Assembly (NCBI GenBank): GCA_013239625.1
Contig: MU053504.1
Span: 2,054,607 to 2,118,606 of the forward strand
Reading direction: 5' to 3'
Source: Lama guanicoe
Lineage: Eukaryota
Length of the DNA stretch: 64,000 nucleotides
Below are positions 38,893 through 51,350 of the stretch, piece by piece. The translations under genes and the position numbers were made by a program. Under the pieces are notes generated by a model, which did not search any database, was not told the origin of the DNA, and saw nothing but the letters and a program-made list of their open reading frames with translations. Each line of letters begins with the position of its first letter. Position 1 is the stretch's first letter.

Positions 38893-39720
38893 TTTGGTGC
38901 AGCCACTATGGAGGACAGTATTGAGGTACCTTAGAAAATCAAAAATAGATTTAACATGTCATCCAGCAGTTCCACTCCTGGACATATACTCAGAGGAAAA
39001 TATAGTTCAGAAGGACACATACACCCCAATATTCATAGCAGCACTGTTTGTGGTGGCCAGGACATGAAAGCAACCCAAGTGTCCATCGACAGATGACTGG
39101 ATGGAGAGAATGCGGTATGTATATACAATGAAATACTACTCAGCCATAAAAAAGAATAGAATAATGCCATTTGCAGCAACACGGATGGACCTGGAGATTG
39201 TCATTCTAAGTGAAATAAGCCAGAAAGAGAAATAAAAGCACCATATGATCGCTCTTATATGTGGAATCTAAACATACATACACACATGCAAGTGGACTTA
39301 CTCACAAAACTGAAACAGACTCACAGACATAGAAAATAAACATATGGTTCCAAGTGGGGAAAAGGGGTGAGAAGGGATAAATTGGGAGTTCAGGATTTTC
39401 AGATAGTAACTACTATATATTAAATATACTATACAGCACAGGGAACTATATTCATACCTTGCAGTAACCTATAATGAAAAAAATATGAAAAGGAATATAT
39501 GGGGGAGTGTGTGTAGCTCAGCAGCAGAGCACATGCTTAGCATGTGTGAGGTCCTGGGTTCAATCCCCAGCACCTCCATTAACAACAACAAAAATTTTTG
39601 AGGCATATATGTAGGTATATGTATGACTGAAACATCATGCTGTACACTAGAAATGAACACAACACTGCAAACTGACTATACTTCAATAAAAACAAATAAC
39701 TAAATAAATAAATAAGAAAG
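38893..39720 (+). mobile_element. Lineage-specific 5'-truncated L1 3' end, interrupted by a SINE
   Basis: gcaacacggatggacctggagattgtcattctaagtgaa...aaacagactcacagacatagaaaa...tgactatacttcaataaa + A-rich tail; same family type as 11088-12444. Confidence 0.88.
39502..39600 (+). mobile_element. tRNA-Ala-derived short SINE (camelid-type)
   Basis: gtagctcagcagcagagcacatgcttagcatgtgtgaggtcctgggttcaatccccagcacctcca + A-rich tail; B box GGTTCAATCC at 39557-39566; TSD AGGAATATATG / AGGCATATATG. Confidence 0.85.
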
Positions 39721-39744
39721 TAAATATAAGGGTGAAAAAAAAGT

Positions 39745-40150
39745 TTGGTTAAAGTACATAAAACTCCAAATAACAGTGGTTTGAGTAAAATAGAAGTGTA
39801 TCCTCCTTACTCAAGTAAAACGTTGGCATCTAAGGCTGATTAGGGCAACTGCATGATCATCCTGAAACTAGACTCCCTCTTAGTTTTTCATCCTGCCCTC
39901 TTCAATGGGCTGCTTCCACTCCTAGTCCAAGATGGCTGTTTGAGCTCCAGCCATTATATCTGCATTCCAGAAAGCAGGACAGAGGAAGGAATAAAGCAGG
40001 TAACGCTTCTATCTTTTTAAAAAAATGTTCTTATAATTCATACTTCATTTCTGCTTATGTTGCACTAGCTGGAAGTTAGACACATAGCCTTATGACTTTA
40101 TTCTAATAGATGATGTGCACAGGTAAATACTGGGGGCTCATTACTAAGGA
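39745..40150 (-). mobile_element. MLT1J/K-like MaLR LTR
   Basis: aaataacagtggttt...ccaagatggctgtttgagctccagccattatatctgcattccag, typical of reverse-oriented old MLT1. Confidence 0.7.
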
Positions 40151-41029
40151 GTAGGGGAAGTGAGGCCCTACTCTCAAATGGAGTAACCAGGGCTCTAATT
40201 CAGTCATTCATTTCTTGGACCTCCCTGGATCCCAGCCCCAGGCCCCTGTCCACCTCGACAGCATCTCAGCCGAGCCTCCTATCTCCCCCAGAGGGCGCCA
40301 GAGCCCTCTGCTTACTTGCCTTTGTTGTTTCAGACCCAATAGCAACATCTGAGGTGTGGACAGCCCAGCCCAAGGGACCCACAGCAGATCCTTAACACCT
40401 TGCTCTGGTCAGCTTGGAGGTAGGTGGGAGTCATGTAGCTCAGTGGTTAGGAGCCTGGGCCCTGCATGGATCCAAGTTCAAATCCAGACTCATTCAACAG
40501 CTATGTCAAAAGTCAAACAGATACTCTGAACCTGGAGCCTCCCGACAGCTTGTGTGAAGACCTTCCCACGAGGCCAGGATTGTCGGAAAAGCTCTGTGAG
40601 TGCAGAGTGAGTGACTGAAGGCTGTGCTCCCTCCCACCCCCGCCCATGACCTCTACTCTCATAGATACACCCTAGATTTTCACTGCTTCAGTCACCCACC
40701 CAGCCTGTGGTCTGTCTCTCTGACTCTCCCCCCCTGCTCATGCACCTGGTACTCCCTGACTTCTGCTCCCTGAGAGTCTAGGTCTCCGGAGATCTTAGCA
40801 AAACTGAAGGGCCATTTTCCTCCCCGAAACAGTCACCAGGTCTGTGGATGACCCACTGAGGGGCTGGCTTGAGGTCAACAGGCCTGTAGAGGCTTCACAA
40901 GAAAATGAAAAGTCCCAAGTTATAAGGCCTCCTTTTTTACTTCCTGGGTGTCCAGTGTGAATACTTGCAAGCCCCAAAGGACCCCAGATGTGCAGAGCTG
41001 GATGGAGTTAAAGCATTGAAACCACCACA

Positions 41030-43400
41030 CTGACTTCCAGTTCAAGATGGTGGGCTGAGAACATGTCTGTACCGCCCCGCTCTCCATCCCTCAAATACCA
41101 CTAAAAGCACAGTAAGGAAAGGGGAAGGGAAGCGGTTCCCCAGAAGGGCTGAGGACAGGACGACTGGGGTTTGGGGTGCATGGCATCCACTGTCCAGGGA
41201 CTTTGATTTGCTTCTAGAAGATAGAAGAAGGGCAGATTGAAATGAGGCACAAATGGGGGCAAAAGTAACCAGAGCCGAAAGCATGCATGAGAGGAAGCTG
41301 CCCCAGAGGCCAGAGCAGGCATGGAAGTCGGAGTGGACCCTCCGTGGGAGACAGCACACCTCAGAGGGGTGGCGGCCGGCAGATGGACCACTCCCCCCAC
41401 CCATTGCTTACACTCCAGGGCAGAGGAAATATACTACGTCATGCTAATATCCTTCGTCCCTGCCCTTCATTCACAAAGATGAATTGGTCACCAGGTATTA
41501 CCAGACAGAGAAAAACCAACAAAAGGATTAAGAAAAGAATAGCAAAGAGTTATTGAGGGCTTACTGTAGGCCTGGCCATGGTCTGAGCAATTTACATTCC
41601 ATAACTCATATAACGACCCTCTGAGCTAGGTACTATTATTATCTCCACTTCCTGGGAAACTGAGTCACAGAAAGGCAATGTAACTCACCTGAGGCTTACA
41701 TAGGTAAGGGGCAGAGAGATGGAATCTGAACTCAGGCAGCCCACTTCCTGCTTTGTACTCTGAACTGATCAGCTGTCCTGCCTCTTTAATAAATTAAACA
41801 AAAGGTGAACAAACTGATCCCAGAGGAAACAGATAATTCAAGGAATGGGAGAGAATTTATAAAAACATTCTAATGCTATTACATTCTTAAAACAAAAAGA
41901 GGCAGCCGTGAAAATAAAGCAAGAAATGATTCTTGGAAATTTCAATTAGAATCCCTGAAATAAAAAGAAATTCAGTAGAAAGGAGTGTGAACATCTGTGG
42001 TTTGGGTGTACAAAATGAATTCATTCTCCTTTTGTTAAAAAAAAAAAAACCTCTGATTTCTCTCCTGTTTCTCAAGCCCGGGGATTTGGTGGGATTGACC
42101 CCCACCCCTACATTTGCTACATGAGGGAAGCATGTTGCTCCTGGCAGTCCACTATGAGGAGCCAGGGGAGGATGACAATACTGAGGGTGGAGGAAAGATA
42201 TACAGTGACCCTGGGTCTTTGATGACATCATTGGATTTCCTGGATCAAGTCTTACCTGAAGCTAAAGGGGTGAGTGCTTCTCACTTTCAATATCCACTGA
42301 TAAAAATCCCATTGGACTCTAATTATTCTTGCCTCGGTTGTGTGTCCAGCCCTCATCAGTCACCATCAAGGTAAACAGCCACGTGTTGGGTACAGCCGAC
42401 CCCTGAAGGTAATGCAGTTGGGGGAAAAAACCCAAATCATACAATTGGACAGGAGGGCAGCAGTTCATCAAAAGAAAGGGGAGGGAAATGGAATGCTGGA
42501 TAAACTCAACAACAGCTCCCACATCTCACTACACGTACAAAGGACCCAGGCCTGGGAAAGCATTATGACAAGCAGACATTGTGGTAACATAATGGAGACA
42601 ACATCTGTTTCTTTTCTCAGAAAGAAAAGAAAAGGCAATTATAAAACCAGAAACAAAATCTATTCCAGGAACCAAATATGAAGCAAAAACATCTGAGGCA
42701 TCATTTTGAGCAATTAGTGGAGTGTAAGAGAGAATTTGCTGGACCTTAATATTTGAGACAGAAAATATTCTTCCTCAAGCAGCATAGGGTGGAGGAAATG
42801 GCATTACATTTCCTTCTCCATAGAGCTATCTCATTACTTGGGTCTGCAGTAAATAGTATAATCATAAAATTTGTTGGTTTTCAGTTTTTGGAACCAACCT
42901 AAAGATAAAGAATGGAAAATTTAATTTTAATTACAGAACAGAATATAAGTGTGATAAACTTTGACCATGGAAATGCAAAGATAAAACCAACAGAAATTAG
43001 GAGGTGGAGAAGGAAGATGGCAGATGACATAGAGGGGCTAATTCTTTTTCTATGGTGGCAGGGCTCAAGAAATTCTGTCCGAAGTTGATGAAAGAGGAAT
43101 TAAGTTTTAAACATAGATTGCTTAGCACTGTGAATAACAAACACCAAAATCAGACTGCAATACTAGTACAGCTAACACCACTGAGGAAGCATGCATGGGG
43201 GATGAGATATAGTGGGGTTTAAATTCTTGCTTTAATGAGAAGGTATCATTAGATGCTCCCTTGATTTACTAAACTGAGAAATTGAGGTAAAGCATATTAT
43301 TGAAAACGATGATGTTGAAACTATGAAATATCTAAAAATGGGGAAAGTTCTGAGGAGTGGAACTGAACACGGGAAATTTTGCTTTTCAATCTGTCTTATT
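41030..43400 (+). mobile_element. Fragmented HAL1/old L1-like element, interrupted by MIR (~41550-41790) and an MLT-like piece (~41990-42350)
   Basis: 5' end gacttccagttcaagatggtgg (YY1-like) and A-rich ORF1-like stretch gaggaaacagataattcaagg...ttcttggaaatttcaa...aaattcagtagaa; by-eye call. Confidence 0.5.
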
Positions 43401-43791
43401 CTGCACTGGTTGCATTTCTTTACCTACACATACTCCACCATATCAGCAGCCCCTCATCCACCCACTAGGTCTACCTCCTGTGTTTATATGGAGGGTTGAA
43501 ACTCCCCTCCCACCTCCTTCTGGTTTATTTCCCAGTACTGCAGAGGCTGGAAAACTAAATTTATATTTCCCAGACTCCCTTCCAGCTACCTTAATGTCAC
43601 CATACCATCCAGCTATAATTAATTTCCCACTTCGTCAAACTGGTCAAATAACAGTCTCTCCCCAAAATCTGGAACCGGACTGAGAGACACTATTTGGCAT
43701 CTGCTTGTAGTTGAAAGGAAGGCCAAATAAATTCAGGAGCTGAGGAATGTTCAAAAGCATGGAGAAGAAAAAATAAACAAAAGGCAATCTG

Positions 43792-44732
43792 TTAAGAGAA
43801 TAAAAAGACAAGCACAGACTGGGAGAAAACATTTGCAAAATACACATCAGATACAGGAGTGTATCTAAAATATACAAAGAACTCTTAAAACTCAATAAGA
43901 AACCAAACAACTTCATTTAAACATGGGCAAAACATCTGAATAGATACCTCAACAAAGAAGACACATAGATGGCAAATAAGTATATAAAAGGATGCTCGAC
44001 ATCGTATGTTATTGTGGAACTGGAAATTGAAACAACAGTGAGATACCACTACGCACCTATTACAATGGTGAAAATCCAGAACTCTGACAACACCAAATGC
44101 TGACAAGGATGTGGAGCAACAAAAACTCCCACATATTGCTGGTGGGAATGCAAACTGTTACAGCCACTTTGGAATAGAGTTTGGTGGTTTCTTACAAAGC
44201 TAAACATAGTCTAACCATATGATCCAGCAATCACACTCCTAGATATTTCCCCAACTGAGTTGAAAACTTGTATCTTCACAAACCCCTGTACACAAATGTT
44301 TATAGCAGCTTTATTTATAATTGCCAAAAGACTGAAAGCAACCAAGATGGCTTTCAATGGGTGAATGGATAAATCCTCTGTGTTACATACATACAATGGA
44401 ATAGTATTATTCAGCACTAAGAATAAATGAGCTATCAAGCCATGAAAAGATATGGAGGAAGTTTAAATATATGTTACTAAGTGAAAGAAACCAGTCTGAA
44501 AAAGCTACCTGCTATCGGATTCCTGCTATTCTGAACAAGGCTAAACGTAGAAAGTTCAGTGGTCACCAGGTGTTCATTAATTATAACAAAATACCCCACA
44601 CTAATCCAAGATGTTAATAACAGGGGAAACTGTGGGAGTGAAGGGGAAGATGGGAACTTCCTACTGCCTGCCCGCTCAATATCTTTGTAAATCTAAAACT
44701 GTTTTAAAAAATTAAGTCTACTAATTTGTTTA
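43792..44732 (+). mobile_element. L1MC-like LINE 3' fragment with 13-bp TSD
   Basis: ORF2-end remnant plus 3' UTR (aagatgttaataacaggggaaactg...tgtaaatctaaaactgttttaaaa); AAAAGGCAATCTG at 43779-43791 and 44733-44745. Confidence 0.85.
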
Positions 44733-44754
44733 AAAAGGCAATCTGCAAACATAG

Positions 44755-44882
44755 GGGTGGGGAGTGGAAGGCACAAACTGTTGAGTGTCAGATAGGCTCA
44801 AAGTATTGTACAACACGGGGAACATAGCCAATATCTTGTAATAACTGTAAATAGAAAGTAAACTTTAAAAAATTGTATTAAG
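44755..44882 (+). mobile_element. Short L1 3' terminal fragment
   Basis: gtattgtacaacacggggaacatagccaatatcttgtaataactgtaaat. Confidence 0.75.
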
Positions 44883-45694
44883 AGAAGAATTTAGCGGACG
44901 TGCAGAGAGCAGCAGTGGGAGGAAGGTGGCCAGGGTGACAGCTCTCTGCTGCTGTCATGTTTCCAGTTCCTCGTTCCAGGCCCTCGTGGAGCCCAGACGC
45001 ACTCCTCTGCCCCCGGGGTCTGTCACATACGAGCCCCTGTGTCCTTGACATAAGCGTGTCCTTTGCTTGTGCTTCTCTAATGAGTTTCTGTTACTTGTGT
45101 GACACTCCTCCAGCCATCCTCCAAATGGACCAGCCTCGGGTGATCTTACGACAGACGGGGTCCAATCAAGCAACCAAAAAGTAATTTCAAAACATTTCAA
45201 GTTCTGTGTGCTTTCCTGAATCCCACAAAAGAGAATCTCACACTACAACACGTTATAAAACCTCTTTTTTTTTCCTTTTCTGATCCACTTTGCCTCACAC
45301 ACTGTAGCTGCTCTTAAAATTCTCTAAAAAAATGCTTCAAAAGAATTTCCTCCAACCCTAGTCCATACACCTCTTGTCTTCTGCCAGCCTCCCTTCATCC
45401 TGACTCTGCATCAATAAAAGCCAAGAAGCATTCTGCCGACATTGGAAGGGGGTGGAGGAAACTGAGCAGAGGGGCCAGAACAGTCTTTCATGGGCAAGAG
45501 TGGGGCGGGCTGCCTCCTGGGCAGACCTCAGCGTCTCCCTCACGCAGCACACTCTGCCTGGGTGATCTCATCTGCTCTTGTGGCTTCAATTACCCTCTCG
45601 ATGAAGATGCCTGCCAAATGTCTACAAGCAATTCAAAACTCTCCTCGGAGCTCCAGATCCATATACCCACTGCCTGTCAACATTTCTCCCTGGG

Positions 45695-46750
45695 GTCAAA
45701 TCAGATAGGATTACATTCTGCTGTGAGGAACTGAGACTGAAAATACAGGGTCCTAAACAAAAGTTTCTTTCTTCCCCATTTAAAAGTCTGGAAGTACATA
45801 ACCCTGGGAGGAGGCAGGCGGCACAGGGCTATTGCTCTAGTGCCAGTGTCCCGGAAGGTCGCTTTCTGCCATCACTAGGGTGTGTCCCTCAACTTTACAG
45901 TCCAGCACAGTTAGAGCTCCAGTCATCCCATCAACGTTCCGGGCAGCAGGATGGAGAAAAGCAGGAAGACACCACAACCGCTTCTGCTTTTATCTCATTA
46001 GCGAAAACTTGGTCATGTGGCCATGACAGAGGCGATTAGGCAGGCTTACTGGCTGATTAACAACAAGGGAAAGAAAGTGTCAGGCTGTTTAAGAACAACA
46101 AACAAACAAAAAAAAACAGGTTGTTTCTCTTACCCCGCAGCTGGCTCCTTGGTTCCAAGGACATTGCCATACAAGACATCTTATGTCCACAACTGCTCCA
46201 TCAGCCCCAAGGACACACCCCAGGATTTCTTTCTTTGTTTTCTCTTTCCCCGCCGACATTTCTGTTTTAGGGCTGAGCTCCATGGGAGGAAAGAGCCCAT
46301 GACAAAACACGACTGGCACCACCGGAATGAAACTAAAGATGGCAGAATCTTTCAGTATAAGACCCCGTGGCCCAGCTGGGGGCTGGCACTGTCCTGACCC
46401 GCTACCTGGCTGACGACACCCTACTAATGCTTGCTTTCTTTGTTTTTTTTTCCTTCTTTCTCTGAGTAAAAAAGCAGCTTCCTTTGTCCCTTTGTCCCTC
46501 TGCCTCTATTAAAAATTCTTTCTCAGTCGGTGGGCAAGGACTCACACCTCTGAGGGGCTTGCCCACAGGTTTGGTGGGCTTTCCAGTTTGGGGATCTCTC
46601 TATCCACTAGCAGCCACACCTAGCAGCAGGAAAACCTGGTAGGCCCGTTCTTTATGCTGAGGGCCATGTGCGTGGCTGAAAAGAGAAGATTCTATTATGA
46701 AGAAAAAGAGAATAGATATTAGGGGAGGGAGCAGCCAGCATTGTCTACAC
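45695..46750 (-). mobile_element. MLT1J-like LTR split in two by a nested LTR
   Basis: aacttggtcatgtggcca (to 46023) continues as cacctagcagcagg...ggccatgtgc...ggagcagccagcattgtctacaca after 46616. Confidence 0.7.
46024..46612 (+). mobile_element. Solo LTR, probably class I (ERV1-type), 589 bp
   Basis: TG...CA termini, 4-bp TSD GCCA (46020-46023, 46613-46616), TATAA 46356-46360, AGTAAA/ATTAAA 46465/46508, 9-bp hairpin in the 3' part. Confidence 0.75.
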
Positions 46751-49441
46751 AGCATTCCTACAACCTCCTCCAAATTGAATGGCTGAAATGAAGGATCATC
46801 TCTCCTCCAGCAGTTCCCCTTCCCTTAAAGTCTTGGTCCTTTTCAGTACATCCATACCCTAGCAGAGAGGTGATTCTGTGGGGCAGGGGTTGGCAGGGGG
46901 AGGTGTTGTCCAAGCTGAGTGAAGGGGTGAGCAGAGAGGGTTGTGCAATGAAGCTGAAGTCCCAGTGGTCCGGAATAGAGACCAAAGATTCCTAACAGAA
47001 GATGTCCAAGTGGAGCAAGTGGGGTGGAGGGTTCTGGAGTAAAGAACCAGGGGGTCTGCTGGGGCACAAGGGCACAAGGGCGTCTGTACTTGAAAGAACC
47101 AGGAACACACACGCCCAGCCCCTCATCCAGCTGCTCAGTCTGTTGATTCCATTCTGCCTCCTGCTCACCCACCTTCATGCCTTTGTTTGTACTTTTTCCT
47201 CCTGGAATGCCCCCAGCCCCGCTTCTCCACATGGACAATTCTCTCAGTCACCCTTCAGGATGCAGATCAAGGGTCACCACCTCTATGAAATCTTCCCAAC
47301 GTTCCTGCTGGGAACCTCAATAGCACCGCACTGGAGAAGGGCCTGGAGGTGGAGCAGTGTCAGCGCAGAGTTCTGGGAGATGGGGCTGGTCCAGTGCTTC
47401 GGGTGTCATTTGGGGCAGGGTACTGGGGAGGCTCAGCAGGAAGGTGGAAACCCAGGGCTTTCTCTTAATGAAGGAGGAGGTGTCAGCTGCCCATGCAATA
47501 GCAGAGGCAGGGCACCACCAGGGCCGAGCTTTGAACTCCCAGCCACAGGCGGAGCCTTCTACACTCCCACCTCCAATGAGGAAAATGATGCAGACAGAGG
47601 CTGTGGGCCATCGAGAGGAAGTCCAGCTGGGTGGGGCAGGCAGAGTCATTCCTGGAAGGAAGCTTGCACCTCAGGAATCTGACAGAGGAACACTCTAGAG
47701 GCCTCTGTCCCAGGAGCCACCCACTTCCCAATCCCAGGAAGGGGCAGGCGGAGTTGGACAACTATCCAGGAGGGCTGCCTCTGGATGCCCAGGTACCACC
47801 CTCCCTTCATTAGCCTCCTGCAACACGTGGCACAGGCAAGAGCACAGGCTCTGAGACAGCCCACAAGGTCTGAGTCAGCCAGGCCCTGTTCTCCCCAAGC
47901 CTCAGCTTCCTCCTCTGTAGAATGAGGATGGAGAGGCCTTCCCCACCGAGGGTGTCGTGGAGGCATAAGCGGCAGATAAGGTACCCGGATGGGCACCAGC
48001 ATACCCCGAGGTGCAGACAACAGGGTCTACTGGTGAAAAAAAACCTCTGCCCACCTTCCCTTCCCTCCCCTCCTGAGGCAGGCTGGGGGAAAACCTGCCC
48101 TTCCCCTGTTGTATGTGTGTGTATGCATGTGTTTGTCTATCTGGCTGGCTGTCTGCCCCAAGCTCTGGGGTGGAGCAAGTAGTCGAACTTGGGCAGAAGG
48201 GTGGGGAGACAGAAGTTCTTTTTGCAGCCCCTCAGCACACATAAGCTTAGGTGGGGGATGACGTGTCCTAAAGACAAACATCACCATCTGCCCTGAAACT
48301 GCCTGCTAGTCTGCATGCCAGGCTCCCAGAAACGGGAGCTCTGCTCCAGTCTTTCAAACCCGAAGAATTTTCCTAAAAGCCACATCTGGTGGTGACCAGG
48401 GCTGGAGGGGCTCTTTGAGCAGACACTGCATCCACAACAGATTCCCAGGGGCCAGTTTCTCCCAAAGGCCCAAGGGAGAAAGGGTCCTGTCTGCCGAGCA
48501 GCGCAGGGCTGGGGGCCGGCCCAGGGGGAACAAAGATTCAGAAGCAGAGAAGGCAAGTTGGGCTTGAAGGGCAGCAGATGGGATGGGAGGTTAGGGCTGG
48601 GAAGGGGAGCTTAGAGGTCAGCCAACGGCAGGCCAGGCCTTGGATTTCTTGGCTCTTCTCCCGTAGGTGATGGGGAGTCATGGAGAGGGTAGGAGTGGTG
48701 GAGCAATGGGACCAGATTTGCACTTTGAAAAGTCTCCTCCAGTTGCGCGATAGAGAGGAACTGGAGGGGCAGGGCTGGGTGTGAAAGAATCCACAGGAGG
48801 GGAAGGTCCTGAATGAAGGCCAGAGAAGGGATGCGTGGCCTGGAGAGAGGCTGCTTCCAAGAGGACATGCTGATCCTTCCTCGCGCCTCCCCCACTTGGT
48901 GAGGTCAGTGGGTGGGCCCACAGGGCACTAGCGGGGAGGAGAGGGTGGTGCGAGGGCCAGAGAGGACCACGAAGGGCAGGGGCTCTGCAGGACCTTTGTC
49001 CCTGCCCACCTCAGCCTGCATCTTCTGGTGGCAATTGTATCAAACCTCCCAGCGGGTGAGAGGCTTGTTCGCTGTCCTTCTCCTGTGTCAGACTGGAAGC
49101 TACAAACACCGATGGCAGGCTGAGGGGGCCTAGACTGGGGGGAACAGAAGGCTGCCAAGCAGGAGGACACCAGGGGCTGGGGATCCCCCCACCCACGAAT
49201 CTTCACTCCTGCTCAGAGCCTGCTGCCATGGCCCTCAGAGATGAGCCAATCTGTGGAGCTGGGGAAGTGGGGATGGAGGAACACCTGGGTGGAGGAGAAA
49301 GATAAACAAGAGGCAGGTTGTACTTGAGGGGCTAGACCCTTTTCTTCATACACTAATGAGGTAATGAGCAGCCACACTTCAACCCTCCCCAGCTTTGCTC
49401 AAACTCTGGAATGGCATGAAGGCCTGCCAGCCCCCGAACTG

Positions 49442-49640
49442 TCACACAGACAAATACAAACATAAAGACACACGTATATAATATACACAGACACACATAG
49501 ACACATACAAACAGTCACACAGACATCCCAAAAGACATACTCATGTATGGACACAGATAAACATACACACAGTGTGTATAAACAAAGACACACTCACACA
49601 AAGACATAAGCACAGACACATCAACAGATACACACACTCT
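49442..49640. repeat. Degenerate (CA)n-rich microsatellite
   Basis: cacacagacaaatacaaacataaagacacacg...cagatacacacac. Confidence 0.75.
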
Positions 49641-50799
49641 GACAGCCTCCAGTGGAGGCTGCTGATTGGATATCTTGCTGACTTATTGGCCATGTGCTGA
49701 CATCCAAAATTGCTCGGTGAAGCACACCCCTCACCCCTAACCTCACTGCAGGCACTCTGGAGCAGTGGCCCTGAAAATGACAAAAAGGCTAGGAGAGGTG
49801 ACACTTTAGCTAGAGCGCCGTTTAGATGGGCAGAGAGGAGAAGAGAAAGAATTCTAGGGAGGGAAAATGGCTCCTGCCAAGGTTTGGGGTGGGGGGCAAC
49901 TCTGATGCCCATAGAACTGTGGGGGCCTTCTTTGGGGAGGGGGCTGAGAGGGGGGCAGACAGGAGGCCAGCTTCTCTCAGCACAGAGAGACAGGCTGGAG
50001 TCAGCCCTTGGCCCCATCTCACCCACACCCAACCTAAGCCTCTGTGGGGACGCATTCACACTGGGCAGAGGGAAAGGGGCCAGGCCCAGCCCTGCCAGAA
50101 CCAGGACATGGGCGGGAGGAGCACAGGACGTTAGCTGCCTTAGAGGGGCCTAGCAACCAGATCTCCATTCTGTAAATTCCCTGTTTGGAGGCCAGGTCCC
50201 CAAGTCCCCAAGACAGCATACATTAGGACAGGAAGAAGCCCTCACAGATAAAGGGCTACGTGCTCCTTGCCGAAGCAGGATGACTTCCCAGCGATCCTTT
50301 TGCTAGCAGTGGGGTCCGAAACCGGGAGAACTTTCTCCTCGCTGTTCCAAACTTCAGCAAGGACAGACCTGGGCCCCAGCCTGGGACTCAGAGGCCTGTC
50401 CTTACCCTCGATTTGGTCTCTTCTCTCTTCTCTGACCCTTGGAGACTAGGCCTAGGGATCTCGGAACGGAGGTGGGAGTGGAGGGGTCTGGGTGAATCAG
50501 CTGTGAGGGGTCTGGGACAGGGGTCTGTAGCGGTTCTGGAGCAGGAGACTAGAGAGATCTGGGGCAGTGGACTGGAGGGGTCTGGGACAGGAGGCTGGAG
50601 GGGTCTGGGCAGGGCTCTCCCTCCCAGCAGCTGCCTCGGGCAGAAAGCAGACGTACGTGCTGGTCTCGGCTGAGTCCTGAGGTGGGTTTTGGGGAGGGCA
50701 GAGGTGCCCTCCTCAGCTGGGTCACAAGAGGCCTACAGATCGTCTGAAATTCCTCTCCTCCTCCCTCCACCTCGCCTCCACAGCCTTCTCCCCTCACCA

Positions 50800-51350
50800 C
50801 CCCCCGAGTTGCTGGGAAGCGGGGGGAGGCGCAGGAGGGGCGCAGGGAGGGGCGGTGGACTCGAGCCGGCCGGGCCCCTCGGCTGAGGCCCGCGCAGCAG
50901 GCCCCGCCCCGGCCTCGCACATCTGGGCTGGAGCGCGGGCCCACCCGGCGGCGGCGGCGCGGCCATCCGGCGTGGGGGAGGGGGAGGGGACGGGGAGGGG
51001 ACGGGGGCGTCGCGGGGCGGAGAGCCGGGGCGAGGGCCGGGCGCACGTCGAGGGCTGCGGCCGCCGCGGCAGGGCAAGGCCACCGCACCGGCTGCGGACC
51101 CAGGATCCAGGCGGCTGGAGGGAGGTCGAGCTGTCGGGAGGGCGGAGGTGAGTCCTGGGCGGGCGGGGGAGCTGCTGGGCTCTCAGAGAGGGGAAAGGCG
51201 CCAAGGCCTGCCGTCCCGTCGCGGGCTGGCGGCTGAGAGACCCCACCACCAACTTCCTGACCCTGGGGGTCAAGACTGGGGACGGATCTCCCCAACAGGG
51301 CTGCCGGTTCGGGAAGGCAGCTGGGGCCGCGACCGTGGGCTGCTATCCGG
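50800..51350 (+). promoter_or_regulatory. HSPA12B CpG-island promoter
   Basis: CpG-dense, GC boxes (ccccgccc at ~50903; ggggcgg at ~51014), G-rich tract 50974-51007. Confidence 0.82.
51040..51147 (+). other. HSPA12B: HSPA12B non-coding exon 1 (start approximate)
   Basis: Consensus donor GAG|gtgagt at 51148 within the CpG island; no ATG; exon 2 has an acceptor 17 nt before its ATG. Confidence 0.7.

Noticed and set aside
39502..39578. tRNA-Ala gene
   Set aside because: Degenerate A box, A-rich tail and TSDs identify it as a SINE
40432..40492. tRNA-like gtagctcagtggttag...gttcaaatcc
   Set aside because: No cloverleaf; consistent with a decayed MIR head
38370..44460. Similar sequences at 38370-38875 and 43945-44460 as a local duplication
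   Set aside because: They are diverged independent copies of the same old L1 region
46324..46334. GGAATGAAACT as an ETS-IRF element in the solo LTR
   Set aside because: Spacing (GGAA-n-GAAA) does not fit the canonical composite motifs
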